This document shows, piece after piece, positions 33,894 to 44,012 of a DNA stretch of 64,000 nucleotides; within the stretch, counting starts at the first letter, position 1; each line of letters starts with the position of its first letter. This stretch comes from Naegleria gruberi (taxonomy: Eukaryota), in the NCBI GenBank assembly GCA_000004985.1, contig GG738884.1. One strand, written 5' to 3'. Under the pieces are notes generated by a model. The model saw only the letters and a list, made by a program, of their open reading frames with translations, was not told the DNA's origin and searched no databases. The translations under genes and the position numbers were made by a program.

Positions 33894-36194
33894 CTAAGTG
33901 AGTTCATGTTTTAGAGACAACAACCAGTTTCCATGCTTTAAAAACATGTCCCTTTTGTGATCTCTTTCAGATATCCACTTGTCTAACTGATTCTGGAATG
34001 CATTAATTTTTCCTTGTAGGATCTTTCTTCTCTTCTCAGTTTGTTTGAAATAATTATGCCATTTTGTTGAAATCATTTGGTAAGATTGAGATGTTTCATC
34101 TAGATTAGTTTGATCAAGTTCTGGGAATATTTTCTTGTAGGCCTTGTAGTTTTCATCAACAGGTGGTTTGTTTTGGAGCTCAATCTTTTTATGGAGAAGG
34201 GCAAGGTCTTCCTCAATTCTGTTCAATATCTTGGCAAGGTGAGACTTGTTTGTGTCAGAATCACTGCTGCTACTGGTAGATAGACTATTAGGGGAATCAG
34301 GATCTGCAGAAATATATGATTCAAAATGGCTCTGATCAATAATACTATCTTCCAGTACTTTGATTTTCTTCTTTCTTAAAGCAATCAGGTTTTGAATTTC
34401 ATTCACTCTCTTGACATCATTATTCAAGCTGTGAGCTTGCTTTTCCAAATGTTGTTTAACACTCTTCAATATCTTATTCATGTTATGCTGGGATCCATCC
34501 TTAATGATGCTTGTATTCAACATATCAGTCTTCCATTCCTCTCTGGCTTGTTCCAACATTTCTTGTCTTGCTCTAATCGTTTCTTTTTCTTGAGAGCAGA
34601 ATTCTTTTGCCTTCTTTAATTTAAGCTTTTCTTCACTAATCTTCTTTTCAGTTTTTTCCTTATACAGAAGGAATTCAGTGTTTTGTTTAGCTAATTGTCT
34701 TGGAGGGGTATTTTCCTTGTCCAAATCAGATATAGAAAGAGGACTTGGGCTTTCATACTTGTTAGATTGCTTAGGTTTCTTAGTTTTAACCAAAATTGGT
34801 TTAAGAGGTGTTGCTAGAACAGGACTTTTTGGGCCCTGTTGGACTGGTATTGGAGACAAAGTTATTGTCTCTATTTCTACATGCTTATTTGCAGGTAATT
34901 GAATGTCTGCTTGGAGACATTCATCTCTAGTTGTTTTTTCTGTTGTCTGTTGTGACTGGTCAATAGTTACAACTTTCTTAGGGGTAATTTGTCTAGGTTC
35001 ACTTGTTTGAGCAAGCATATCTTTGAATGTTTTGGTTATTGTGTTCACACCATCAGATGTGGTTTTGACTCCATCTGTTTGACAGAGACTTGATATTGTT
35101 TGTATTTCAGTTTGAGTTGTTTTGGAGAGAGAAGTCTTCTTTCTCTCAACTTCCACAATCTTTTCAACTATCTTAGGTTTTTCAACAATCTTTTCGACTA
35201 CTTTTTCAACAATCTTCTCGACTGGTTTCTCTACAATTTTCTCTATAATTTTCTCAACAGGTTTTTCGACAACCTTCTCGACTATCTTTTCTACAATTTT
35301 CTCGACTGGTTTCTCTACAATTTTCTCTACAATCTTCTCAACAAGGACCTTAGTATCAATTTTATCAGTTTGACACTCGATAGCCTTAAACGTCTTTGCT
35401 TCAGTTTGTGCTTGATTTTTCTTCAATCTAGCATTTTCCTCAAACATTTCATCTGCTTCTTGTCTTGCTAATGCTATTTGTTTCCTATTTTCAATAAATG
35501 TATCTTGGAGAGTTTGCTTGTGTTTCTTTTCCATGATATCTTTTTCGGTTTGAAGCTGAGTTATTTTGTTCCTGTACTCAACTTCCATCTTATTCTTATT
35601 CTCTCTAAGATCATTTTCTAGTTTTTCATTCTCATTATTCAAGTGTATTATCTTTTTCTGAAGTTCAATCCTTTCCCTGTTTGATAATTCAAGTTGTTGA
35701 TCTAGAGACCTTATTTTGTCTTGTAATTTGATAAGCTCTTCATTGTTTTGCGGAGATGAAGAACTTGATTCTCTAAGCTTCTTTACAGATGATGAAGAAG
35801 ACAAAGTAGTCATATTAGTAAGAGAAGGTATTTCATCTGATGATCGTAAAGAATTGAGCGGATCAAGTTTTGTTGTTGTAATTTTCTTCTTTTTCTTCTT
35901 TTTTTCCTTTTTCAATTTTTCCCTTTCCTTTGCCACTTTTTCCTTATAATAGGCATCAAGTGGATGATCCCATATTGATTCTCCTGAATTAAAATTAAAG
36001 TAATAAAGTTGACCATCGGACTGACAAGGTCTCCATCCATCAGGTAAGGGAGCTTTTATTCCCTCCAAAGCGATTGGTATTAACTCCTTTTCCAGCACAG
36101 GATCAATACCAAGAAATTCTGCATATTTTAAAACATCCTCTTCAGTAGGCTCTTCTTGCTCGATGAAGATATTGTCATCATCAATAGAACTCAT
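33894..36194 (-). CDS. CEP164-like centriolar distal-appendage protein (N-terminal WW domain plus long coiled coils), 766 aa
   Basis: N-terminus [74 protein letters not shown] matches the CEP164 N-terminal region and WW domain. It also has a central run of about ten VEKIVEKP octapeptide repeats and a Ser-rich C-terminus. Confidence 0.6.
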   Translation of the reverse strand: MSSIDDDNIFIEQEEPTEEDVLKYAEFLGIDPVLEKELIPIALEGIKAPLPDGWRPCQSDGQLYYFNFNSGESIWDHPLDAYYKEKVAKEREKLKKEKKKKKKKITTTKLDPLNSLRSSDEIPSLTNMTTLSSSSSVKKLRESSSSSPQNNEELIKLQDKIRSLDQQLELSNRERIELQKKIIHLNNENEKLENDLRENKNKMEVEYRNKITQLQTEKDIMEKKHKQTLQDTFIENRKQIALARQEADEMFEENARLKKNQAQTEAKTFKAIECQTDKIDTKVLVEKIVEKIVEKPVEKIVEKIVEKVVEKPVEKIIEKIVEKPVEKIVEKVVEKIVEKPKIVEKIVEVERKKTSLSKTTQTEIQTISSLCQTDGVKTTSDGVNTITKTFKDMLAQTSEPRQITPKKVVTIDQSQQTTEKTTRDECLQADIQLPANKHVEIETITLSPIPVQQGPKSPVLATPLKPILVKTKKPKQSNKYESPSPLSISDLDKENTPPRQLAKQNTEFLLYKEKTEKKISEEKLKLKKAKEFCSQEKETIRARQEMLEQAREEWKTDMLNTSIIKDGSQHNMNKILKSVKQHLEKQAHSLNNDVKRVNEIQNLIALRKKKIKVLEDSIIDQSHFESYISADPDSPNSLSTSSSSDSDTNKSHLAKILNRIEEDLALLHKKIELQNKPPVDENYKAYKKIFPELDQTNLDETSQSYQMISTKWHNYFKQTEKRRKILQGKINAFQNQLDKWISERDHKRDMFLKHGNWLLSLKHELT
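35125..35375. repeat. In-frame 24-nt tandem minisatellite, about 10 imperfect copies, encoding the (V/I)EKIVEKP repeats of the CEP164-like protein
   Basis: Direct repetition of ttctc(g/a)ac(a/t)(a/g)(t/g)tt...tctacaat units is visible. Spurious ORFs 35100..35471 and 35122..35373 arise from it. Confidence 0.7.
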
Positions 36195-36314
36195 TTTTTT
36201 TCACAATATTTTAAAGAGAAACGGTTTTTGTAAGAAAATTGGCGGGAAACTTGTGAGCGCCACTTTAAAATGTAACGATAAAGTTGTTTGAGAATTTAAT
36301 TATTAATAAATAGG

Positions 36315-38000
36315 ATGAGGACCTCAATCTTGAAAACACTTAAAAATAATATTTTTTGCAAAAACAATGAAATTGAAACTTTCAATGCTTTACAACAACA
36401 TTCCACTATGCAAAATACTTGTCAAAAAACAATGCCAAAACACATTACGAATGATTACATTAAATTCAACTCACATCTCTCCTTCATTATTCACGATAAA
36501 GAGTCAGAGAACAACACTGATGATATCAACACTGTGAACAATCACGAATCATTTTATGATGATTTTAAATTTACAACTAGAATGATACCAATTATTGTGA
36601 TTCTCTATTCGGAGGAGGAAGGAAAGTACATTTATCATGATGATGTGAGAAGAGTATGTCCTAGGAATACTTTTCCAAAGTATTTACTTGCTCAATTGCA
36701 GGAAATGTTTGATGATGATCATGGGGTTTATTCAAAATTTGCTTTGATTAAATTGGGTAAATTGGGAATTAGTTTAAAGTGGAGAATATTGGATATTGTG
36801 GAAGAATTGGATGATGGACAGATTGTTAGGAGTGAAAGATATGATTCTGAAGGAGAACCAATTATTTCATTTCAAAAGATTAGTAATAATGAGCTTGATA
36901 TTTGTTTATCTGATTTTATGAATTTATTTAATTTGAAAATTGAATTGTGTCAGAAAGATATTGAGAAATCACAAGTTAAAATTAAGAAAATTGGAACATC
37001 CCACATCATGCCAATTCTTACACAGAATATGATTACATCACTTTTTGAATCAACAACAATTTCGCCTAAAATTAGACGAAATGGCCAATGTGAACATATT
37101 GTATCTTATGCATTATACAAAAACACATGCCTCTCCTATAACTTTAAACTATTCACGTACGAGAATAATGAACAAAAAATTAAGGACACAATTGAGTTTG
37201 AGTTTGATTTTGGTCAATCACTTTTACTAGTCAATCAGAATACGAATGAGATTTATCTAATGGTTTATGGAAATGATCATGGATTTTTCAAAATAATACC
37301 AAAGGGGATCGACTCTTTGGAAAATCATCAAATGGAATTAATTCCATTTGAGAACTATATAGATTTCAAACCAAAAGTGTGGAACAAAAATTCTATTCTG
37401 TCATGTCCGTTAACAGCAAGCAAATATTTGGTTCTCATTCGTGAGGTCAACAACAATGAACAATCAAGTAATAGCTATCAAAGCTTATTCACCAATGAAT
37501 TCAAATGGTTGCTGGTTGATTTAGACTACCATAGAGTAAAGAGAGTCTACCCAAGAGTTTATAAATTGCCTGAAAATGGAGTCAAAAAGAAGAAAGGAAG
37601 AGAAAAGTTTCTTTTCCCAGACGGAGATTTGAATGCAGGATACAGTGATGCCTTATTATTGAGATACATTTCACGATCGAAAGAATCAAAAGAGATTTCC
37701 TTCTCTAAAATAATGAATGAAACCCATTCCTCATTAATTCCAATGCCAGAAAAGCAAACCCTTGAGAATTTATTTGCATTTAGACCATTCCCAGAAAACC
37801 CAGAACTATTCCAAGTGCATTTATCTGTTTCTGATCGTCATTTGATATCCGTTAGGAAGAAGAATAAGAATTTTACACATGGAAAATTCTTTAGGTTTTA
37901 CTTTAAATTCAGAGATGAGGCTACATGTAAATATTCACTTTTATATCTACTTAATGAGAATGGTCAATTTTCAGATGTTTCAATTAAATTTTTTGAATAA
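36315..38000 (+). CDS. Hypothetical protein, 561 aa, no recognisable domain
   Basis: Long intron-free ORF whose codon usage matches the neighbouring genes. Confidence 0.45.
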   Translation: MRTSILKTLKNNIFCKNNEIETFNALQQHSTMQNTCQKTMPKHITNDYIKFNSHLSFIIHDKESENNTDDINTVNNHESFYDDFKFTTRMIPIIVILYSEEEGKYIYHDDVRRVCPRNTFPKYLLAQLQEMFDDDHGVYSKFALIKLGKLGISLKWRILDIVEELDDGQIVRSERYDSEGEPIISFQKISNNELDICLSDFMNLFNLKIELCQKDIEKSQVKIKKIGTSHIMPILTQNMITSLFESTTISPKIRRNGQCEHIVSYALYKNTCLSYNFKLFTYENNEQKIKDTIEFEFDFGQSLLLVNQNTNEIYLMVYGNDHGFFKIIPKGIDSLENHQMELIPFENYIDFKPKVWNKNSILSCPLTASKYLVLIREVNNNEQSSNSYQSLFTNEFKWLLVDLDYHRVKRVYPRVYKLPENGVKKKKGREKFLFPDGDLNAGYSDALLLRYISRSKESKEISFSKIMNETHSSLIPMPEKQTLENLFAFRPFPENPELFQVHLSVSDRHLISVRKKNKNFTHGKFFRFYFKFRDEATCKYSLLYLLNENGQFSDVSIKFFE

Positions 38001-38019
38001 GTGGTTTGAGAATTATTTA

Positions 38020-38994
38020 TCAATATTTTGATCTCTTAATATTAGGATAAAAAACACAATTCCACTCAGGATTCCAAGGAAGTGCCATGATGATTGAGTC
38101 AACAAATAATTTGTCTGAAATTGTTTCACCCAATCCCAAGTACTCTCTTACTTTTTCACTAGCTTTTGTTAAAATTAAATCACCTCCATCTGGTAGCTCA
38201 ACAAAAACTGTACCTCTCTTTTTCGCTTCTTTTGTTACTGTCAAAGTCCAACTAGTTACACATCCCTCTTCATCATATGCATCATGGTCAATAGTAATGT
38301 CACCAATCTTGATTTGTGCCTCGTAAGAGTATCTATAATCCATTCTTGTCGATTTAAAAGAAATAATGGTGCACTTTCTGAATATATTATCTTCCAATTG
38401 TTTGGCAATAGCTTTTCCATGGGTTCTCTCCACATCATCCAAATATGAATTCCAAGCTGCCATTTTCTCCAGTGTTTTGGTTTTTGATTTCAATTTTGCT
38501 TTGACCAATTCCACAGTATTCGAAAGTTCTGAAACTGTTTGTATAAGCTTTTCTTCATATGAATTCAAAGTCTTTTTATCTTGACCTTTTCTGACTGTTC
38601 TTTCCTCTTCTTCATCATCAGATCCTTCATCTTCTTCATCTTCCTCATCAGCATCATCTTCCTCATCCTCCTTTTCATCCGATTTCTTTTTTGCCAAATT
38701 ACTTGTTCGAACAAAAGTGGAAAGGTCAACTCTCTGAACTAATCTTTCCAAATCTCTCTTTAATCGACTAGAAAGAAATAAAGAGTGATTCTGATAGAGT
38801 GAATTGTACAATTCTCTACAGGTAAGAATAAAATTGGCTCCATCAAGAGTATCATCGAGATAATTTAAAATTTCGCTATGAATTTCCGAAGGTAATTGAC
38901 AAATATTATCATCATTTCTGCCATTGGTCTTGATCAACTTCTTGGAGGGGGATGGTTCAGAGTTGTTGGAATCATCAGACAGTTTTCTTTTCAT
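38020..38994 (-). CDS. F-box-like protein with an acidic linker, 324 aa
   Basis: N-terminal CQLPSEIHSEILNYLDDTLDGANFILTCRELYNSL fits the F-box consensus (LP.EI...IL..L). Acidic D/E stretch. Convergent with the upstream orphan gene. Confidence 0.55.
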   Translation of the reverse strand: MKRKLSDDSNNSEPSPSKKLIKTNGRNDDNICQLPSEIHSEILNYLDDTLDGANFILTCRELYNSLYQNHSLFLSSRLKRDLERLVQRVDLSTFVRTSNLAKKKSDEKEDEEDDADEEDEEDEGSDDEEEERTVRKGQDKKTLNSYEEKLIQTVSELSNTVELVKAKLKSKTKTLEKMAAWNSYLDDVERTHGKAIAKQLEDNIFRKCTIISFKSTRMDYRYSYEAQIKIGDITIDHDAYDEEGCVTSWTLTVTKEAKKRGTVFVELPDGGDLILTKASEKVREYLGLGETISDKLFVDSIIMALPWNPEWNCVFYPNIKRSKY

Positions 38995-39721
38995 TTTTTT
39001 TTCTAATAAATGATGGATTTTGTGATTTGCAGGAACATATCCCGAACTTTGCGAATTTGATGTAAACCAATATTTTAATTATATTCAGTAAAATAAAGAA
39101 ATCAACAAGATACTGGAAGGCAATTAAAAGCATGCTATGTTGCCTGTATGCTTCTAAAATGATTAAGCTATTAAAGATTGGGATTCGGATTTTTATTCAA
39201 TTTTTTAAAATTCTTTTCTCCCTCAATTACGTATCATTGAAGAGAATGAATATTCAATGTTACTGTTACAAAGTTACACATCGAGTTCTGTGATAATAAC
39301 TGTTCAATCCCGTAATAAATTAAGAAAGGAGATACTGGACTTTAATCAATACAGTGAATAACTCTTGTTCTCACGAACACAATCTTCTTCAATCCGCCTT
39401 ATTTTGGAACAGTTCCATCGTGACTGTTGGCCTTAATTATAAATCGCATTGTGTTTTATTGGAAAATATGATTCTCTTAGTTGTAGAATAGACAATAGAG
39501 GTTCGTATCTTTGAACTGGTTGCTGTAAAAATTTCCTTAATAGCTAAATACCGTTTCCAAAACAATTCTCAAAATTTCGCTTTCTGGTGTCTGATCGCGA
39601 TCTAATACTTGAACAATGAAGCGGGACTTCTTTGACCTTTTCAAAAAAAACGAACAAACACCAACAATAACAAGATTGGAAGTCTTGAGATTTATCGCCT
39701 TACTTGATAACCCTTGCGTGC

Positions 39722-41666
39722 ATGTACCAATCAACTTCATCATCATCTTCATCATTAAAAGATCGTACTCTCACTCATAAAGTGCTCATTGAAAGATTGC
39801 TAAAAGGTATGTTATTTTGTTGTATTAAGGGTTGCTTATGTGATGAACATTGTTATAATGCTGCTACTGCTACTAATAATTATACAACAATTAATAACAT
39901 CAGAATATTGCTCGCAAACTTATACCTTCAACGATCAACACATTGCCCCTTCATCACTTGTTGACTCTTCTTTTGCAATGATGCCAAACAATAACAACAT
40001 GTTGTTTGGAGGAAATAAGAATGGCAATGGTTTCTGTAACAATTCCCTCAATATTAACAATCAACAGCAAACAAACAATGGTACTTCTTCATTTCCATCA
40101 TCAAGTGGTAGTTCTGGACTACATCTTTCTCTCAATTATAACGAACTAACTAACATGCAGTATCCTCAAACCTATAATGGAAATAACATGTTCAGTTCAT
40201 CACCACATGCAACAAACTCCATCAATATTCACAAGACATGCTACGATAATAACTTCATCAGATCAAATAACCAGCATCAAGAGAATATGATCTCTCCTCT
40301 TGATTTCTCAAACATGTTCAATGTACAAAATAATAATTCATCAAACATGAATAATTGCAACATGAGGAACGGAAATCAAATTTCAAACAATTTTCACATG
40401 AATCAAAACAGTCAACAACATGTAAATTTCAACGTGGTTCCTCAAAACTCAATGACTGGTCAATACGAACCACTAGTCCAATCATTTTCAAATCCATTCC
40501 AACTAGGTTCCGCAAACCAAAGAGTATCTGAGCCTTCCTTAGCCCTTGAAGATACTTGCATTTCCCAGTTTTGTAGCACAGAGGCCCTTAACAAGAGGAA
40601 GCAAACGTTATCTGATTTCCAATTACAGTCAAACAACTCAATCTCAAATACCATAGAGTGTTCTTCAAGCATATCTCCACAACCATTCATTGAAAATAGT
40701 CAAAATGCAATGAATTTAGTTGAGAACTCTTTCAATACACATCTTGGAACGACAAACAAAATGCAATCATCATTTCCTCACAATAATAACTGTTACCTTA
40801 ATAACAACAGCAACGACATGCATTTTGGGGGAGAACATTGTTTTGATCCTTCAGATGATGCATCATCTAACGAGCATGTATCAAGTCCAAAGAGTGGAGG
40901 AAAGGAAAGAGTTGTTGCTTCAAGTGTAGGAAAGAAAGTGAATGGTAGATATACAAAGCTTAGAAAACAGTTAAGAACATTTGGAGGTGATTTCACAGAT
41001 AACTACTTTGTTTTGGATATTTCTACAGCAGGAGAGAAGAGACCAATTAAGGGAGGAAAGAAGAGAAAGTCATCACCAACCGAAAATGAATCAGAAGAAG
41101 AAATATTACATAACAATAGAAATCACAGAAGTTATACCATCCATTCTTCAGATTATAACAATAATATCAAAATCATACCAGACATGCAAAACACATCTGA
41201 TGAATGTGTAATTGACATGGACTCAAGAAGACGTTCTTCAATAGGACCAATTTCTCAATCATCAACCAATCCAGTCATTATGATAGATTCAGTCAACAAT
41301 AACTCATTCAATCCTCCTCCATCCCTAATAATTTCAAACGATTCCATGTCGAGACCATACTCCACTCCAAACAATACCATTTCCCCAAGAAGCTCCAACT
41401 CTAGAGATATAACACCACAAGAAGTTGAACAAACCGACAATAGATCTGTACAGATACTCCTCTCTCTATTAATGAATTCGGTTAATCAACAACAAGCAAC
41501 TAAGGAAATATCAATCAATAATGAATCAGTTCCACCACAATCCAATCCTCAATTCAATTTCAATGTAAATACAAGAAGTCAATCCCTTACCCCTCAAAAC
41601 TTTGCCAACAATGAGGATTTTTCATTTTTGAACATGTTGATGAGACAGAACAACAATAAACAATAA
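39722..41666 (+). CDS. Asn/Ser/Gln-rich low-complexity (prion-like) nuclear protein. Exons 39722..39806 and 39904..41666.
   Basis: MYQSTSSSSSSLKDRTLTHKVLIERLLK|EYCSQTYTFNDQ... joined across a phase-1 intron GTATGT..ATCAG of 97 nt. The ORF-track N-terminus MMNIVIMLLLLLIII is read-through of that intron. Basic patches KKVNGRYTKLRK...KGGKKRKSS suggest an NLS. Confidence 0.55.
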
Positions 41667-41725
41667 CAAATCGCAAATATCTACTTTTCACATCATTCAA
41701 ATGTCATCACAACAATCAAAAAAAA

Positions 41726-41939
41726 ATGAACGACACAGAGAAGATTGTCTTGATTTTGTTCTGTCTGTTTTTACCTCCTGTAGCAGTTGCTGTTAGAAAG
41801 GGATTGCACATTCACTTGTATTTGAACATCTTCCTGACCTTGCTTGGATTGATTCCTGGAATTATTCACGCCTTCATTGTTGGTAAGTTGTGTTGGAAAT
41901 TAAATTTTATATAATTTCATAGCTTTTGGAATTTTGTAA
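41726..41939 (+). CDS. Pmp3/UPF0057 plasma-membrane proteolipid, about 57 aa. Exons 41726..41882 and 41923..41939.
   Basis: ILFCLFLPPVAVAVRKG...LNIFLTLLGLIPGIIHAFIV matches Pmp3/RCI2/YqaE. A 40-nt GTAAGT..CATAG intron precedes the last five codons. Confidence 0.7.
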
Positions 41940-41957
41940 ATTGAATAAATAGGATAT

Positions 41958-43071
41958 TTATCTATCATTCCACCAAATTACACCAAAACAATTCTCAAAT
42001 GCTTCATAAGTCATCCAGAAACAACCATCATCTGTGTTTTCATGTTTGAGTGATTTTTTCACATCTGGATACTTGTCCCATTCTGAGCTATTATCGGACC
42101 ATGGTCCATTATATTCAGTTCTTCCCCATGTATTTCTCAAATTTACTAATTTTAAATCATGTTCTGGGAATTTTCTATATCCAAGAAGTGAATAACCATG
42201 ATAATTAACAAGACCTTTCGAGTTGACCAAATCAGATCCTTCTTCACCTGGCATTGTTGCACAAACTGGAACACTTGTAGCACTGTCTAATAACTTTTCA
42301 ATTAAGGGCCAAAAAGTACCATTCTTCATCTTTTCTTTTGCCTCTGAATCTCTTCCTGTGAACCATTCTAATTGTTTGGCTCTACCACCAAATAGTAAAG
42401 AAAGAATATTCGAAGGGTAGATCAAGTGAGCATTCATCAGTGGATTTACCTTTTCATAATCTCCAACCTAATGTTAATTCATTGATTTTACAAGATCCAA
42501 AAGAGAATACTTACTAGTTTGGCTATTGCCTTTTCAATTAGAGATATCCACAATTCGCCAACATCATCTGAATGGGCAAACTTTAAACGACCATTTTCAG
42601 CAGGAAAATAATCATCTATGAGGAGAGTCATCTTCTCATTGTTTGGCTCTAAATTGAATGTGAGTGCATAGAGACCTAGTTTTGATCAATCGACTCACAA
42701 TGAATGAATACTCTCCTTAATAGATTTGGTCTCAATGCTGCTCCACTTATACTTGAAATTAAAAAGCAATCACCCAAACTTCCTTGAATTGCATCCTTAA
42801 CAGAAATATTCTTAAATACTGCCGGTTTCTTGAATAGGTCTTGTGCTCTAACACAATCACTTCTTGGAGGGAAATCCTCATCAACAAATTTCAAGTTTCT
42901 ACTCTTTAGTTCACCAACTAGATCATTTACAATATCTGGTGTTTTGAAACCAATTTTACGAGGACCAATTCTCTGATTGGAATGGCTCATTAGAATATTT
43001 CTACAACTCGACTGTTTATCATCCTCTATACATGCTGGATAATCCACATAGGTTGCCTCAATAATGTACAT
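41958..43071 (-). CDS. Calpain-type cysteine protease (catalytic core). Exons about 43071..42516 and 42467..41958, with a one-base frame break near 42680.
   Basis: FVDEDFPP...AVFKNISVKDAIQGSLGDCFLISSISGAALRPNLLRRVFIHCESIDQN, a frame slip, GLYALTFNLEPNNEKMTLLIDDYFP...ELWISLIEKAIAKL|VGDYEKVNPLMNAHLIYPSN...GLVNYHGYSLLG...LVNLRNTWGRTEYNGPWSDNSSEW. The Cys, His and Asn catalytic residues are present. The 47-nt intron is GTAAGT..TTAG. Confidence 0.75.
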
Positions 43072-43405
43072 GGTTGGTTTTTCTGTTACTTTCAACACAT
43101 ACTCAACTTGATCACTTTTCTCATCCTTCAGTAAGAAATAATGTCCACTATATGCAAAAGTTCCCCAAAACGTTGAAATAGGAGCGCTGCATAACCATGA
43201 GAAAAGTGATTTCCTTCTGTATCCACTCTAATGACATCAAACTTTCTTGTTGTATCATTTTTTATCCAAATATCAGTTTGATTATTCGAATCGAAGGTTG
43301 ACTTGAGAGATTTCCAATCAATATCACTTGCGTTAATCAAATTACAAGTATGAATATTCTTTGAAGTATCTTCCTCAATTGCATTCTCAAATTCTTCCTT
43401 CCATT

Positions 43406-43760
43406 CTAATTGATCTTTCTCTTCCTCAATTTCATTACATTCTCGTCATCATCTGACTCTTCTCCATAAAGAACTCCATCCTTTTCCTTATCATACACAA
43501 ACATTCCAGGCTGAACCTCAAAATAATCAATTGTCTCATCAGTTGGAACAAATATTGCTAGAATTTTCTGATCCCGAACAAGTCTCATTACAAATGGATG
43601 AGTGGCTGCTGTTTGTTGACAACACTTCTCTCCAGGATTTAGTGAAGGGTTGTTCCTTTCCATCATAATCCACCCATATCATTTGCACAGGTTCACCCAC
43701 TGTATTATGGAAAACAATTCGACAAACCTTATCCCATCGCTTAGAACGAAGAAGTTGCAT
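43406..43760 (-). CDS. VHL beta-domain-like small protein, frameshifted in this sequence; possible pseudogene
   Basis: MQLLRSKRWDKVCRIVFHNTVGEPVQMIWVDYDGKEQPF, a frame slip, PSLNPGEKCCQQTAATHPFVMRLVRDQKILAIFVPTDE... aligns to human VHL residues 65-120 ([33 protein letters not shown]...HLWLFRD...ELFVP). I found no alpha-domain or BC-box. Confidence 0.45.
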
Positions 43761-44012
43761 TTTTTTATTAGGGAAGAAAATTCTTATCTCAAGTTTATGT
43801 TGATGATGAATGATGTTGGGTGATATTGACAGAATTTACAATTAAGTATTATGCTTCTTGACTGAAACCTTGATATTTTCATAGGGAATACTTCGATTTT
43901 TGCTTCAAGTTCATGAAAGTTTTTTGGCGGTTGAATCTACTAATTAATTCTAGAAAAAAATAACATTACTCAAGGGAGGTAATAATTTTCTTGTTGATCG
44001 GAAAAAGTTGCA

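Noticed and set aside
39840-39903. N-terminal MMNIVIMLLLLLIIIQQLITS of the 608-aa ORF as a signal peptide
   Set aside because: It is intron read-through. A GTATGT..AG intron joins an upstream exon to EYCSQ... in the correct phase.
42640-43340. Possible 23-nt introns (GTGAGT..CTAG and GTGGAC..GAAG) in and upstream of calpain
   Set aside because: All other introns are at least 38 nt. For the first site, alignment to calpain (HGQSFQNGYAG) shows the supposedly intronic codons ESIDQN are coding, so a one-base indel explains it better. For the second, calpain plausibly starts at the ATG at 43071, which makes the upstream frame-3 ORF 5' leader.
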